Shown here in pieces: positions 52,277 to 64,000 of a stretch of DNA of 64,000 nucleotides (positions within the stretch are counted from its first letter, which is position 1; every line of letters starts with the position of its first letter). The stretch is from Chrysomallon squamiferum. Lineage: Eukaryota > Animalia > Mollusca. The stretch covers positions 4,526,001 through 4,590,000 of the forward strand of contig CM022672.1 of assembly GCA_012295275.1 (NCBI GenBank). The letters run 5' to 3'. Both the position numbers and the translations under genes were made by a program. The notes under the pieces were generated by a model. That model saw only the letters and a list, made by a program, of their open reading frames with translations. It was not told where the DNA came from and did not search any database.

Positions 52277-52889
52277 TGAAAATCTCATAAATAAACGAAA
52301 AGAAAAAAAAAAAAAGAAGAAAAGAAACAAAATTAACTGCTAACTTATGACTTACCTTTCTTTGAACCAAACACTATAATAGCATGGCTGATAATTAATA
52401 ATTCAATAGTTTGTCCTAATGAACAAAACAAATTCGGAAATAAACAATGTATTGCGTTGTTAGGTAAGGATGACGTGTAGTCGTTTATGACGTCATAATA
52501 TAAGTTACGGTTAACCGTGTATAGCTGTGCCGAGGAGACTATCAGATAAGTGTGAAGTTTCTTTTATTTTTTAATCATCATCATCATCATCGTTGTCATC
52601 ATCATCATCTTCTTTCTCCTTCTTCTTCTTCTTCTTCTTGTTATTATTGTTCAAGTTAGTTGTACCGTTGCTGGTTCTGATACTGGTAATATGTATGAGG
52701 ATAAAATTTAAATAGTTAAAGAAAAATCGGGAAGTATGATTTTTGTATTAGTCATCCAGGACAAGAAACAGTTTTCATTGCATCGTGAGTAACAACTAGA
52801 TACGTACGTGATGAAAATAACGACAATGATGATGATAATAGTAGTAGTAGTAGTTGTAGTACCAGCACAGTTGTAATAACAACAACAAC

Positions 52890-52945
<56 letters not shown>

Positions 52946-54234
52946 TGATGATGATGATGGTGATAATAATAATAAAATTAAAGTAATTATAACAAAACCG
53001 ATGGTGATTATAATTATGATTGTTATTATTAAGATTTCAAAAGTCTCGATTTCAAAAGTTGGATACAAATATTTCTCAACGGGATTATTGTGAATATTTT
53101 TTAAGGCTTAATTTTTCTTTAGTTAGTACAAACATAACTTTCTGAAATTTAAATTCCACCCGGAATATTTCCAAAATTAACCATTTTTGAGTTTATTTCT
53201 TACTAGTTTACGAACATTTGAAATTTAATCTTTAATTTTTTTAACTTTTTTTTTTATTATATATTTAAAAAAAAAATTATATTTTATCGTTCTTCACACA
53301 AAGGGGGATATTTCCAGAATCATCCATTTCTGAGTTTGAAAATTCGTTCCTTAATTATTACATATTACCAAAATTTCAAATATTAATTTCCATTCTGACT
53401 GTTCTGATACTGTGCACTAGACAACGAGACAACAGAGGGAAGCGATTTGCCCTCATTCTGTAACAGTGAGACAGAGGGAGTTAAAGACAAGTGCGACAAA
53501 TTGGGTAACGTGACCAACTACGGCAAATTGGGTAATGTGATATCACCATGGAGATGTGGGCGCAGATTAATAAAACGGTGAACGTATTGTGCAATGTTAG
53601 GTACCAGCACGTTGGTTCAATGAATCTTTTAATTAGAGAAACAAATTCATTGTTATTAATTAATGGGAATATTTGTCAGCGTTGACATTTTAAGTTCTCC
53701 CGTTTGTCATTTTTTTTTTTTTTTTTGTTTTTTTTTTTTAAATTTTTTTTTATTTATTTTTTAAAATTATTTTTATTTATTTATTTATTTTTTAAATTAA
53801 TTTTATTTATTTATTTATTTTTTAAAAATTATTTTAATTAATTAATTTATTTTTTTAAATTATTTTTATTTATTAATTTATTTCTGAAATTATATTTATT
53901 TATTTATTTATTTATTCTGAAATTTATTTATTTATTTATTTATTTATTTATTTCATACATTTATTCATTCATTATGAAATAACTGATAGTTTACAGTTCA
54001 TAACGCAAATAATAATCATTTTCAAAATGGTCGATGTATAATAATAACGGATTTTACCAAGGAAACAACAGCACACACTATCACCTCTAAGTACTCATCA
54101 TAGCTGGTAATATTAAAATAACGCACACAATGCTCGGAACACAATCGATTCTACAGTGAAAGCCTTTCTGAAAAGCACCCTACCTATCAGCTACTGTCTG
54201 TTCGTTATTTACAGTAAATTAAATACTTACGACA

Positions 54235-54267
<33 letters not shown>

Positions 54268-54844
54268 TACATATATAATTTATGTTATAAAACATAATTT
54301 TATGTTTTTGATAATTACAAATGTTTTATTATTCAGAAAAGCAAATATATTAGTTTCATCAAATAAATAAATAAATAATAAATCAATAAATCAATAAATA
54401 AATCAATAAATAATAAATTAATAAATAAATCAATAAATCAATAAATAATAAAAAAAAAAAAAAAAAAAAACAAACAAAGAAATAAATAAATAAACAAACA
54501 AATAAATAAATAAATAAATAATACAAAAACAAAAAACAAACAAACAAACAAACAAACAAATAAAAAATAAATAAATAAATAAATAAATAAAACACCAAAT
54601 AATGAAATTAATAATACTAATTGAATATATATATATTTTTAATTATTTATAACTGGTACTTGTATGCGATCCTTGTACCTATCACCAATGAAGCCGATAT
54701 CTTACCACTGTACATTTCATGAAACAATAGAGATGTTTTAATGAGCTTTGTTTGCAGCAGGTGTTTTCTCCGAGCTCGCGCATTTAAACTGATTGCTTTC
54801 TACCTAAGAAACAATCACTTTCTTAATGGATTCAAAATTATTAT

Positions 54845-54988
<144 letters not shown>

Positions 54989-55705
54989 TATCGCTATCTA
55001 TCATCTATCTCTCTCTATCTCTCTGTCTACCGATCAATATCTCTGTCTCTTTATCTCTCTATCTCTCTCTATCTCTTTCTGTCTCTCTATCTATCCATCC
55101 ATCTATCTATCTTTCTTTTTGTCTATCTATCTACCTATCTATTTATCTGTTTGTCTTTCTCTCTTTCCAGTTTCTTTCTTTTATAGCCTTTCTTTAAAAA
55201 AAAAAAAAAAAATATAAATTTACATGATTGTCCATCATGACTAAATACATTTTCCCAGGAGAATATGTTTGACGATGAGCTTTTTCAAAAAAAAAAAAAA
55301 ATAAAAAATAAAAAAAAAAAATTTAAAAAACAGAAAGAAAAAAGAAGAAAATAAATTAAAACTCACAGATCAATACATGCTGTATTAACGACATCTGTAT
55401 ATCACGTTAACAACCTCTAAAGACAGCTACGACTGCATCCATGCTATTAACCAGGCATATATTACTAAAGTGAATGCCAATTTACATGTCTGTGAGAGGA
55501 TATAGTAATTTACATAGATGTGTATAATCGTTAAATGTTTTCTTTAATGTATCGAGGCTTGTAAACATTTTGCAATTTAGGAAAGTATGAATGTGTTAGA
55601 AATATGATGGTACTTAGTCCTACTTAAAAGGTACTTGCACTGCATTGATCAATATTAATAGATGTTGAAAGTGTATTTTATAAAGTGCGATAGATTTTTA
55701 TTTTT

Positions 55706-55775
<70 letters not shown>

Positions 55776-58313
55776 GTCTGTCTGTCTGTCTCTTTCATCT
55801 GTCTCTGAATAACACGTTTATGTCTCTATTTCTCTGTCTTTCTTTGTCATTCTGTGTGCGTCTCTGTCTCTGTATTTTGTTTATCATCCGATATATTTTT
55901 TTTTTCTTCTAATCCTTCCCGTTAATCTTTATTTTCTTTGTTCCTTTTTCTGTAAATCTGAGTTTTCCATCCTTCATTCATTTTTCTCTTTCTTAATCCA
56001 AACGATATTAAAATCGCTAATTTATTTTTATTTTTACTATTGATATCCCTTTTTTTTTAATTCTTTTTTAAAAAAAGAAGAAAATATCCAGATATTCTTG
56101 ATTCATTCTAACACAGATTTTACAAAAATAATAATCGCCGTTGTCGTTGTTACTCAGTAATTGCATCATCATCGTAGTCATCATCATTCTTTTTGGTATT
56201 ATTATTATTATTATTATTATTTTAATTATTATTATTTTATTTAACACTATTATTATAATTATTATTGTTGTTGTTGTTGTTGTTGTTGTTGTTATTATTA
56301 TTATTATTATTTTATTATTATTATTATTATTATTATCATTATTATCATTATTACCGTACACCAAAACGATCGCTGGTCATTTCTAATTTACTTCTGAAAG
56401 ACAAAAAAAACGCGTATCACACTACACACAAACATCAGCACGACACTCCTAATTGCCAACTGGTCACCTCGTCGGCTCAAATAAGTAGCCGATATCGTAT
56501 AACAGTTGCATACGGTGGTCATTTTCACCTGCCACGTAATTACGCGTTGTTTCCACGCTTTCGCTTCCTTTAACGCTCTCAGGTGGACTGGGCTCGGGTT
56601 TCGGAAATGAGTCGCACCTTTGGGACGACGTCTCCAAATCGCGGAGCTTTCTTTGAGAACGACTGTGTGTTAAATAAGCAATTATTTGGTAAATAGACGT
56701 TCCCCGCGTGCAATTACCATTAGTCAGACAGCAGCAGGTAACACCGAAGCATGAGAAGCTGTTACAAGGACGGAGAAAGAAAGAGAAAAGAATATCGTCT
56801 TTCATTAAATAATAATAATAATAATAATAATAGTAGTAATAGCATTAAAAACCAGGAAGAAAAATGACACTTGCATGTTGTTTTGTTGTTGTGCTCTGAT
56901 ACGTCCTGCAGTTTTTTTTGGTCAAGTCAAGGATGGCATGTTGAAACTGTTAAATAATGCAGCTGTTATCGTGTCTGGATTCTAGATAAAAGGTATCTCT
57001 ATAGGTGTTTGATGTAATGTGATAAGAAAGTTATTACCAGGTAGATTGTATCTCAGAAGGACAGTGTTCGTCTTCAGCTTGGTAGATCATGGGATCGATC
57101 GTGGTAATCGACATAACGTGATTATAGTACCATCACTTCAGCAATAGTAAATCACTATAATCATATGTATCTCTGTTATATTATCATTATCACTGTCATC
57201 ACCATCATTTCAGAAATGTTACCATTAGCGTTTTAATTATCATTTCGGTAATATTATCATCATCATCGTCATCATCTTCTCCTTGACATCACCATCATCA
57301 CAGTCATCTTCATCTGAATGAAATTGTCATCATCACTGTCATCATCATCATCATCTCAGAAATTTTATAATTACAATCGTCATAATCATCTTAGTAATAT
57401 TAGCATTACCACTGTCATCAGCATCTTTGTCCAAAATGTCACAGTTACCGTGATCGTAATTAAATTTTCTGAAAAAACTTTTATCATTATAATAATTAAA
57501 ACTAAAATCAAGCGTTCTCATTCATATTTGCAGTGTTTTAATATCACAGGTTCTTTGATATCAAATATAGTGTTTTTATATGATAAATATTTGTGAGAGG
57601 AAAACGTCTGTGTGCTGTTTTTACTTTTTAAAATGATATTTTATAGGAATATTCCTAGAAACTGAGAAATGGAACACTTGAGTGGAAGTACAGCCACCAA
57701 CCAATACAAAAATCAGTTACTTAAAACAACTTCAATGCCGACAACAACAACAACAACACCAACTACAACAACAGTAATGAAAATCAGAAAGAAAAACAAA
57801 AATGAAAATAAAAGAAAATTCCCTGAAAATGAAAGCCATCTCATACTCCATTTTATATTATGTTGCTTTTTTTTTTTTTTTTTTTTTTTCGTTGATTTTT
57901 TTTTTTTTTTTTTTTCTTTTTTTTTTTTTCTAAACTAATAGAAAACCTCCAAAAAGATTTAAAAAAAAAAAAAAAAAAAAAATAAAGGCACAAAAGAAGA
58001 AGAAGAAAATATCGTGAATTAATTTATCTATTTTTGTTTCTTTTATAAAGCAATTTAGTTCCATCATGATATCTCTCGCTCGCTCCAGCTCTGGTTCTCG
58101 GCATGCGGCCACCATCCACTGCGCGAAGTCTCTGCCTCCTGTCGGCCCAGCTCGCATGTCTACTCTTCTGCTCATTAAAGCAAATTGCCGGCCAGGAAAG
58201 AGAAGGAAATTAAATAGCTTGAAATTATTTTTACAAGTAATTGTCATTTAAATCCGATCTTCTTCCTTCCATTGCTCGCGAGACTTCGTGCGTCTCCGCT
58301 GCTTCGCAACGCT

Positions 58314-59360
58314 GGCAAGAGATGATAAATCATTCGAGTTTTAATAAGTTTCAGTCATCATTTTTCTTCAGTTTAGATCGGTGCATGGTGGTTTCTTCAA
58401 AGAAAAACATTTCCTGATTATTTTTTAATTATTTTTTTTTTTTTTTTTTTTTTTTTTTTCAATTTAAAAGAAAGAAAGAAAGAAAGAAAAAGAAGTTATG
58501 GAAAGTAACATAATACTGTAGTTAAAAAAAAAAAATGTGTAGTTAACGTTATTGGTTTTCTTAATTACATCGTTAGGTTTTATTGGAAGCGAGTTGACGT
58601 ATGTTATTATTTTTCCTGAAGTATTAAATGCTGGCTACTGTATGTCAAAGTTTTCTTTAATTACTTCATTAGATTTTATTGATCACAAATTTAGGTTCCT
58701 TATTATTCTTTCTGAAGTATTTGGTTACATTCTTTATTGTCAGAATCCTTTTTTTTCTTTTTTAATGCGTTATTATTTTATTTGAATTATTTGCTTATGT
58801 TGGTAAAGCATTTAGAATATGTTTATTATTATTTATCATGATTTTTTTTTGTTACGATTTTATTAACAAATAGTTTAAATGGCAAAAGATGATAAATCAT
58901 TTTAGTTTTAATAATGTTTCAGTCATCATTACTCTTCAGTGTAAATCCTTTCTTCGAAGTAAAACATTTTCTATTTATTATTTTTCTCTTCAGTTTAAAA
59001 AAAAGACATATGGAAAGTAATATAATACTGTAATAAAAAAAATATATATATATATAATAATAATAAAAAACAACAAAAAAACAACAAACAAAACAAACCC
59101 TGTAATTAATATCATCGGTTTTTCTTAATTACATCGTTAGGTTTTATTGGAAGCAAATTCACGAATGTTATTATTTTTACCTGAAGTATTAAATGTTGGC
59201 CAGACCGGTCAAACTTCTTTAATTACTTCATTAGAGTTTGTTGAACAAAGTTTAGCTTCGTTATTATTCTTCCATATGTATTCGGTTTCAGTTTTTATTG
59301 CAAAATGTATTGAACACAAAATTTTATTTACTTACGTTATTTAATTTTGATTTGCTTGGA
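58314..59360 (+). repeat. Diverged tandem duplication of about 565 bp (58314-58800 vs 58880-59360) with an internal sub-repeat of about 97 bp
   Basis: ggcaa.agatgataaatcatt..agttttaataa, atggaaagtaa.ataatactgta and ttcttaattacatcgttaggttttattggaagc each occur in both copies. Confidence 0.85.
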
Positions 59361-59641
59361 TTCGTTAGATTTCAGGTCAGATGTTTTTCCTATGTGTTAT
59401 AATTTTCCACAAATTTTTGTGACTAATTGCATATGCTGTTTTATCCATTTATCAGTGGACAGTATTATATATGTTTTATTATTTTGCTTTTAGGCTGTGT
59501 CATTGTAGTAGTATTGTTAAATTAAATATTAAATTTTTATTTATTTTTTGTTACGTATACTGAAAGAAAATTAAATGTGTGGCTTAATTACCAAGTAATG
59601 ATTTAAACGATAACTGATAAAACATATTCTGGTATGTTCAT

Positions 59642-59696
<55 letters not shown>

Positions 59697-62021
59697 TCAC
59701 ACATATTTAATATAATCAACACGCCATCTTTATTATTAATTTAATGAATAAATTCATTTAATCATAATCAACATGTCATCATCATTATCAGTGTTATTAT
59801 AGTCATCACGTCATTTATTATCAGTATCATCTGTTTAGAGTTTCTCTCATTTCTGTATGAAGAAAAGTAATATTGAAACACAATTTCAACCTTGTCTGAG
59901 AAAAGATAATAAAAAAATGATATAAAAAAAAATGTAATATGTTTGTAATATGTTTATATATATAGTCAATTATTAAAATAGATAAATTAAAACTATATCT
60001 CTGAAAATTAAAAATTCCTAAATATTTAACATTTAGAATTGAGAAAATATAAAAAAATAAAAATAAATAAAAAATTTAAAAACATAAATGTAAATTAATA
60101 AATAATTACTCAACTTTTGCCAAAAGTGCATTTCTATCAAAATATGTATTTTGGAATCTAAACTTTCAATAATTTTTAATAAAACGAAGAAGAAATTATC
60201 AAAAACAAAACGTTTCCACGGTATTGAATAGAAAAATTGACAGTATTTATTTAACAGTATACATTATGATAAATAAATTGTATTTTTAACAATAGAATTT
60301 ATATTTATAAGAATTAAAAAATTAAACTATGAAAGTTACGATTCATCAGTTCAAGTTTAAGCAATGGAAGATGATTAAAAATTTCTGTTTTCACCATGGA
60401 AATTATAAACAAAATATTAACTTTTCAACCAATGAAATCGGGATTTTATAACTCAACCTTTTTTTTTTAAAGCAAATCTTCAAAACTAGAATTAAGATTC
60501 AAAATTAAATTTTCAACAACGGAAATTTGGTTTTAAGAATTAAATTTTCAGATATCGAAGCATTAAAACACTAACACCATGACACCGAAGATTCAAGAAT
60601 TAAGTACATAATTTTTTATTTATTTTTTTTTTTTTTATTTTTTTTTTCATTTATTAAATTTAATTTTTATCCTTTGCCCTTTTCCTATTTGACATTCACT
60701 ATCAGTGATTGCTGGTCTAAATCTAAGCTTTAGTGAAGAACCAATCAACTTGACTTTGCAATTGGCGATGGTTGCATGATCTTCTTGCAATCCCAGATTG
60801 TGACGTCGCACCTGAATGCCTTTTATCTGGCTTTTGATGGAAAAGGAAATTGCACCTTGATAACGTCGATTGTCAGGATTCCTGATTATACTGCAAGCAG
60901 CAGCCTGGATTAATCTGTCATGAAAATTAATGGACGACAAATTGAAAAGAGCAAGACATATCAAGATGACACGATGATTTAGCGTGGAAGTTCCATTTCT
61001 TTAGAGTCAAAGTAATCACAAAATACTCAGAGAAAATTGCCAAGTTTATGTAAAAAAAAAAAAAAAAAAAAAAAAAGAAAGAAGAAGATTGAAAAAACTT
61101 TAAGAGAAATGATAAAATATAGCCACGGGGGCAAAACGGATAATTAGAATAAATACTCGGAACAGTAAATACGAAGAGATCTTTTGATGATGATATCTTG
61201 CATTTGTCATTTCTCTGGAATGCATTGCAGTGCTCAGAATAAGCCAGGAGAAAGAAAAGATGAAGAAGAAGAGCGAATAACAGTAACAAGAACCAAAAAA
61301 AAAGAAACTATAAAAAAATGTCGAGGTGATCTTTAAGGGATTTCATTTCGTAGAAGAAGAAAGAAAGAAAAAAAGCTGAGATTGAAGAAAAATAATACAT
61401 AATTCTATAGATGTGTCATCTTCCTGTGACAAGTTTTGATTAGAAGTATCAATACTTTGATGACGGAACAAAGAATATGAATCAGTGTTTGTTTAACGAC
61501 ACATTTTTGTATTAACCGTTATTAGAAATGATTTTTTGTTATGATGAAACCTCAGAAACAAAACAAACTAACACTATCATACGTGTTCTCTTACAAACAG
61601 TATGTTTCCACTCATAATTCCCAGTAACAACAAATCATATACCACAGTATCTGACATCAGTGGTTTTGACGGGAAATGGCCAATGAGTGAAAAACAAAAA
61701 ATGATGACAAAGAGGAACATCCACTTTTGGGAATTGTCTCTTGTCCTTTATTATTATTATTATTATTATTATCATTATTATTATTATTATTATTATTGTT
61801 GTTGTTGTTATTATTGGTATTATTATTGTTGTTATTAGTGCTATTGCTATTATTATTGTTGTTGCTGTTATTATATTATTATTATTATAATTGTTGTTGT
61901 ATTGTTATTATTGTTATCATCACCAACATCATCATCATTAATATTATTATTATTATTACTACTATATTATTATTATTACTATATTACTACTTCTACTACC
62001 ACTACTACTACTACTACTATA

Positions 62022-62053
<32 letters not shown>

Positions 62054-62414
62054 GTATGATTTATTAGACAAGAAGCCTCAGGTCAAGATTTAATTATTGT
62101 CATGATCTGTGAATTCACGACTTAAACAGCGTTTATCGATCTTCCAGTATCTACAAAATTAGAAAGTATTTGTGTCTGTGCGGGTGTGTGTGTGTGTATG
62201 TGTATGTGTGTGTGTGGATGTGTGTATGCGTGCTCGCGTGCATGTATGTGTATCAGTATATGTAAAGCTAATATAATATTGATAATAAAAAATGTAAAGT
62301 GTTTATATTTGATCCACTTTTGATGTTTAGAACGTTATCATTTTATAAAATAAAAATTCCTTTATCTATCTCCAAATTTAGTCACCATAATTAACAGTCA
62401 AAAAAGGTTAATTT

Positions 62415-62478
<64 letters not shown>

Positions 62479-62829
62479 GTAAGAAGAAGAAGAAGAAGAA
62501 GAAATAAACGAACAAATAACTAACTAACTAAATAAGTAAATACATCGTTCGTTTTCTGTTTGTGTTTTTTCGATCAGAAATATGTTCGTAAATTTTGTTT
62601 TATTATCTAAATAACTCACCAAATTTAGAGGCAGTAATTAGTAAAGCGTGTTTAATATCTTTAAAAACTCACGAAAAATCCAACGTTCTGTCTGAGTTTC
62701 TTTCATTAAATGATAAATGGTTTCGCTTCAGTTCTCTTTTTTGATACCTTTTAAAAGATAATTTTCCACTCCTCTTTATGTATATCGTTTTATTCTGATT
62801 AATATTAATCATGATGATAATAAATAAAA

Positions 62830-62880
<51 letters not shown>

Positions 62881-63195
62881 ACAAACAAACAAACTGATAT
62901 AGTACTACCCACTATTCAAATGTAACTAACTTATGAAAAGAAGCAGAAGAAAAAATATCGTTTATTAAACAATAATAAATCTCATTCTCTGAAATGAATA
63001 TTGAAAAAAAAAAAAAAAAGCTCAGAAAGAAAAACAAATGACCTTTTCGAAACGAAATACCGCGCACATTGAGGATTACATGAAAACAAACGTAACATAA
63101 AACATAAATATATTGTGTCAGTTCTCCGAGCTACAAAAGCAAAGTAACGATTTATTTTCGCAAAGATCCGCGCTTCATGCTAGCACTAGTGCTTT

Positions 63196-63654
63196 TAATG
63201 AGGCCAATATAACTCTATCAATAAAGCAAAGAATTATGTCCTCAAGGGATCACGCTTCTTGGCCATGCAAGTAAAAGCCATAAATGGAAAATAAATGGTT
63301 CGCTCGTATCGGCTATCAGCGTTAAATTAGGTCTTGTCATGGCAGCGGGCTAGAAGCGAGCCGAAGACGGTTTCCAACGCTCTGAGGATCTTCCGTAATG
63401 ACGAGGAACGCAGCGAAACAGCAAGTCGTAAAGAGCGATTCTAAGAGATCTATAGGGGAATGGCTCGGCTAAGAGACAAATTTGATTATGGTTTAATGAC
63501 GTTATCATCAACGTAATTGTGTTTCTTGCCAAGTTTGGGCGCGCATTGAGTGCTGTTGTATTTGCCTCGAGGTGATAAACCCTTTAAAGTGTGCTCATCT
63601 GTGTGTTATTTGAGTCCTCGGCTTTCTTTTCATTACAGTGCTGTCACCGGCAAT
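63196..63654. promoter_or_regulatory. Putative conserved non-coding element, copy B of the inverted paralogous pair
   Basis: atgcaagtaaaagccataaatggaaaataaatggtt, tcgtatcggctatcagcgtt, gattatggtttaatgacg and cttttcattacagtgctgtc all match the reverse complement of 30750-31192 in collinear order. Confidence 0.6.
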
Positions 63655-64000
63655 AAGAACAAATAGCAGGGTGCTTACACGTTAAACTGTAGCACGTTTG
63701 TATAAAAAAAAAAAAAAGAAGAAGAAAAAAAAAGAAGAAGTAAAACGAAATAAAATAGAAAGAGAGAGAGAGACTGACGTCCATTTGACAAGCAAACACC
63801 CGAAAATTACTTCGGCAAACACCGAATAAACCGCACTAATACGTTACAGCGACCTCTGTCGTCAGCTTCCGGTAGCGAAATGATGGTAATACAAATGAAC
63901 ATTCCCTTGATATTTTAATAGTAGAAGACGAATGTAATTTTAAATTTTTTTTTTTTTTTTTTTTTTTTTAAAGTTAAAAAAAAATACTAAAAAAAAAATT

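Noticed and set aside
57930-58251. Protein-looking ORF (RDFAQWMVAACREPELERARDIMMELNCF) on the minus strand
   Set aside because: No recognisable family, no convincing flanking splice sites or partner exons; better explained as a GC-richer non-coding island.

Overview
AT-rich, microsatellite-dense eukaryotic (animal) genomic DNA. Gene content and SINE-like relics suggest a mollusc, possibly a gastropod; this is inference only. Nearly all entries in the ORF track are simple-repeat artefacts, and the real genes are spliced and were reconstructed by hand from AG/GT sites and reading phase. (1) 491-3847 (+): the last 7 coding exons of an SLC18 vesicular amine transporter. It has the LPDSxGY motif and a Gln replacing the conserved TM11 Asp, so it resembles Portabella rather than canonical VMAT. 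(2) About 6.36-26.7 kb (+): a complete 28-exon gene with TATA box and non-coding exon 1, CDS 7469-26393, about 1,700 aa. It encodes a type I membrane protein: signal peptide, F5/8C discoidin, EGF, LamG-like, Ser/Thr linker, LamG-like, PTKAPTTPK repeats, VWDE-type module (Ig-like, VWD, furin site, EGF), TM helix and short tail. Two apparent 1-nt frameshifts lie at A-runs. (3) About 27-64 kb: no recognisable coding exons, but about 20 CpG-retaining, complex-sequence islands that look like a regulatory gene desert. Two islands 32 kb apart (30750-31192 and 63196-63654) are diverged inverted copies of each other with blockwise conservation, the most unexpected signal in the window. Minisatellites, local duplications, a MITE-like palindrome and an inverted dispersed repeat are also present. 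No CRISPR array, rRNA or intact tRNA was seen.
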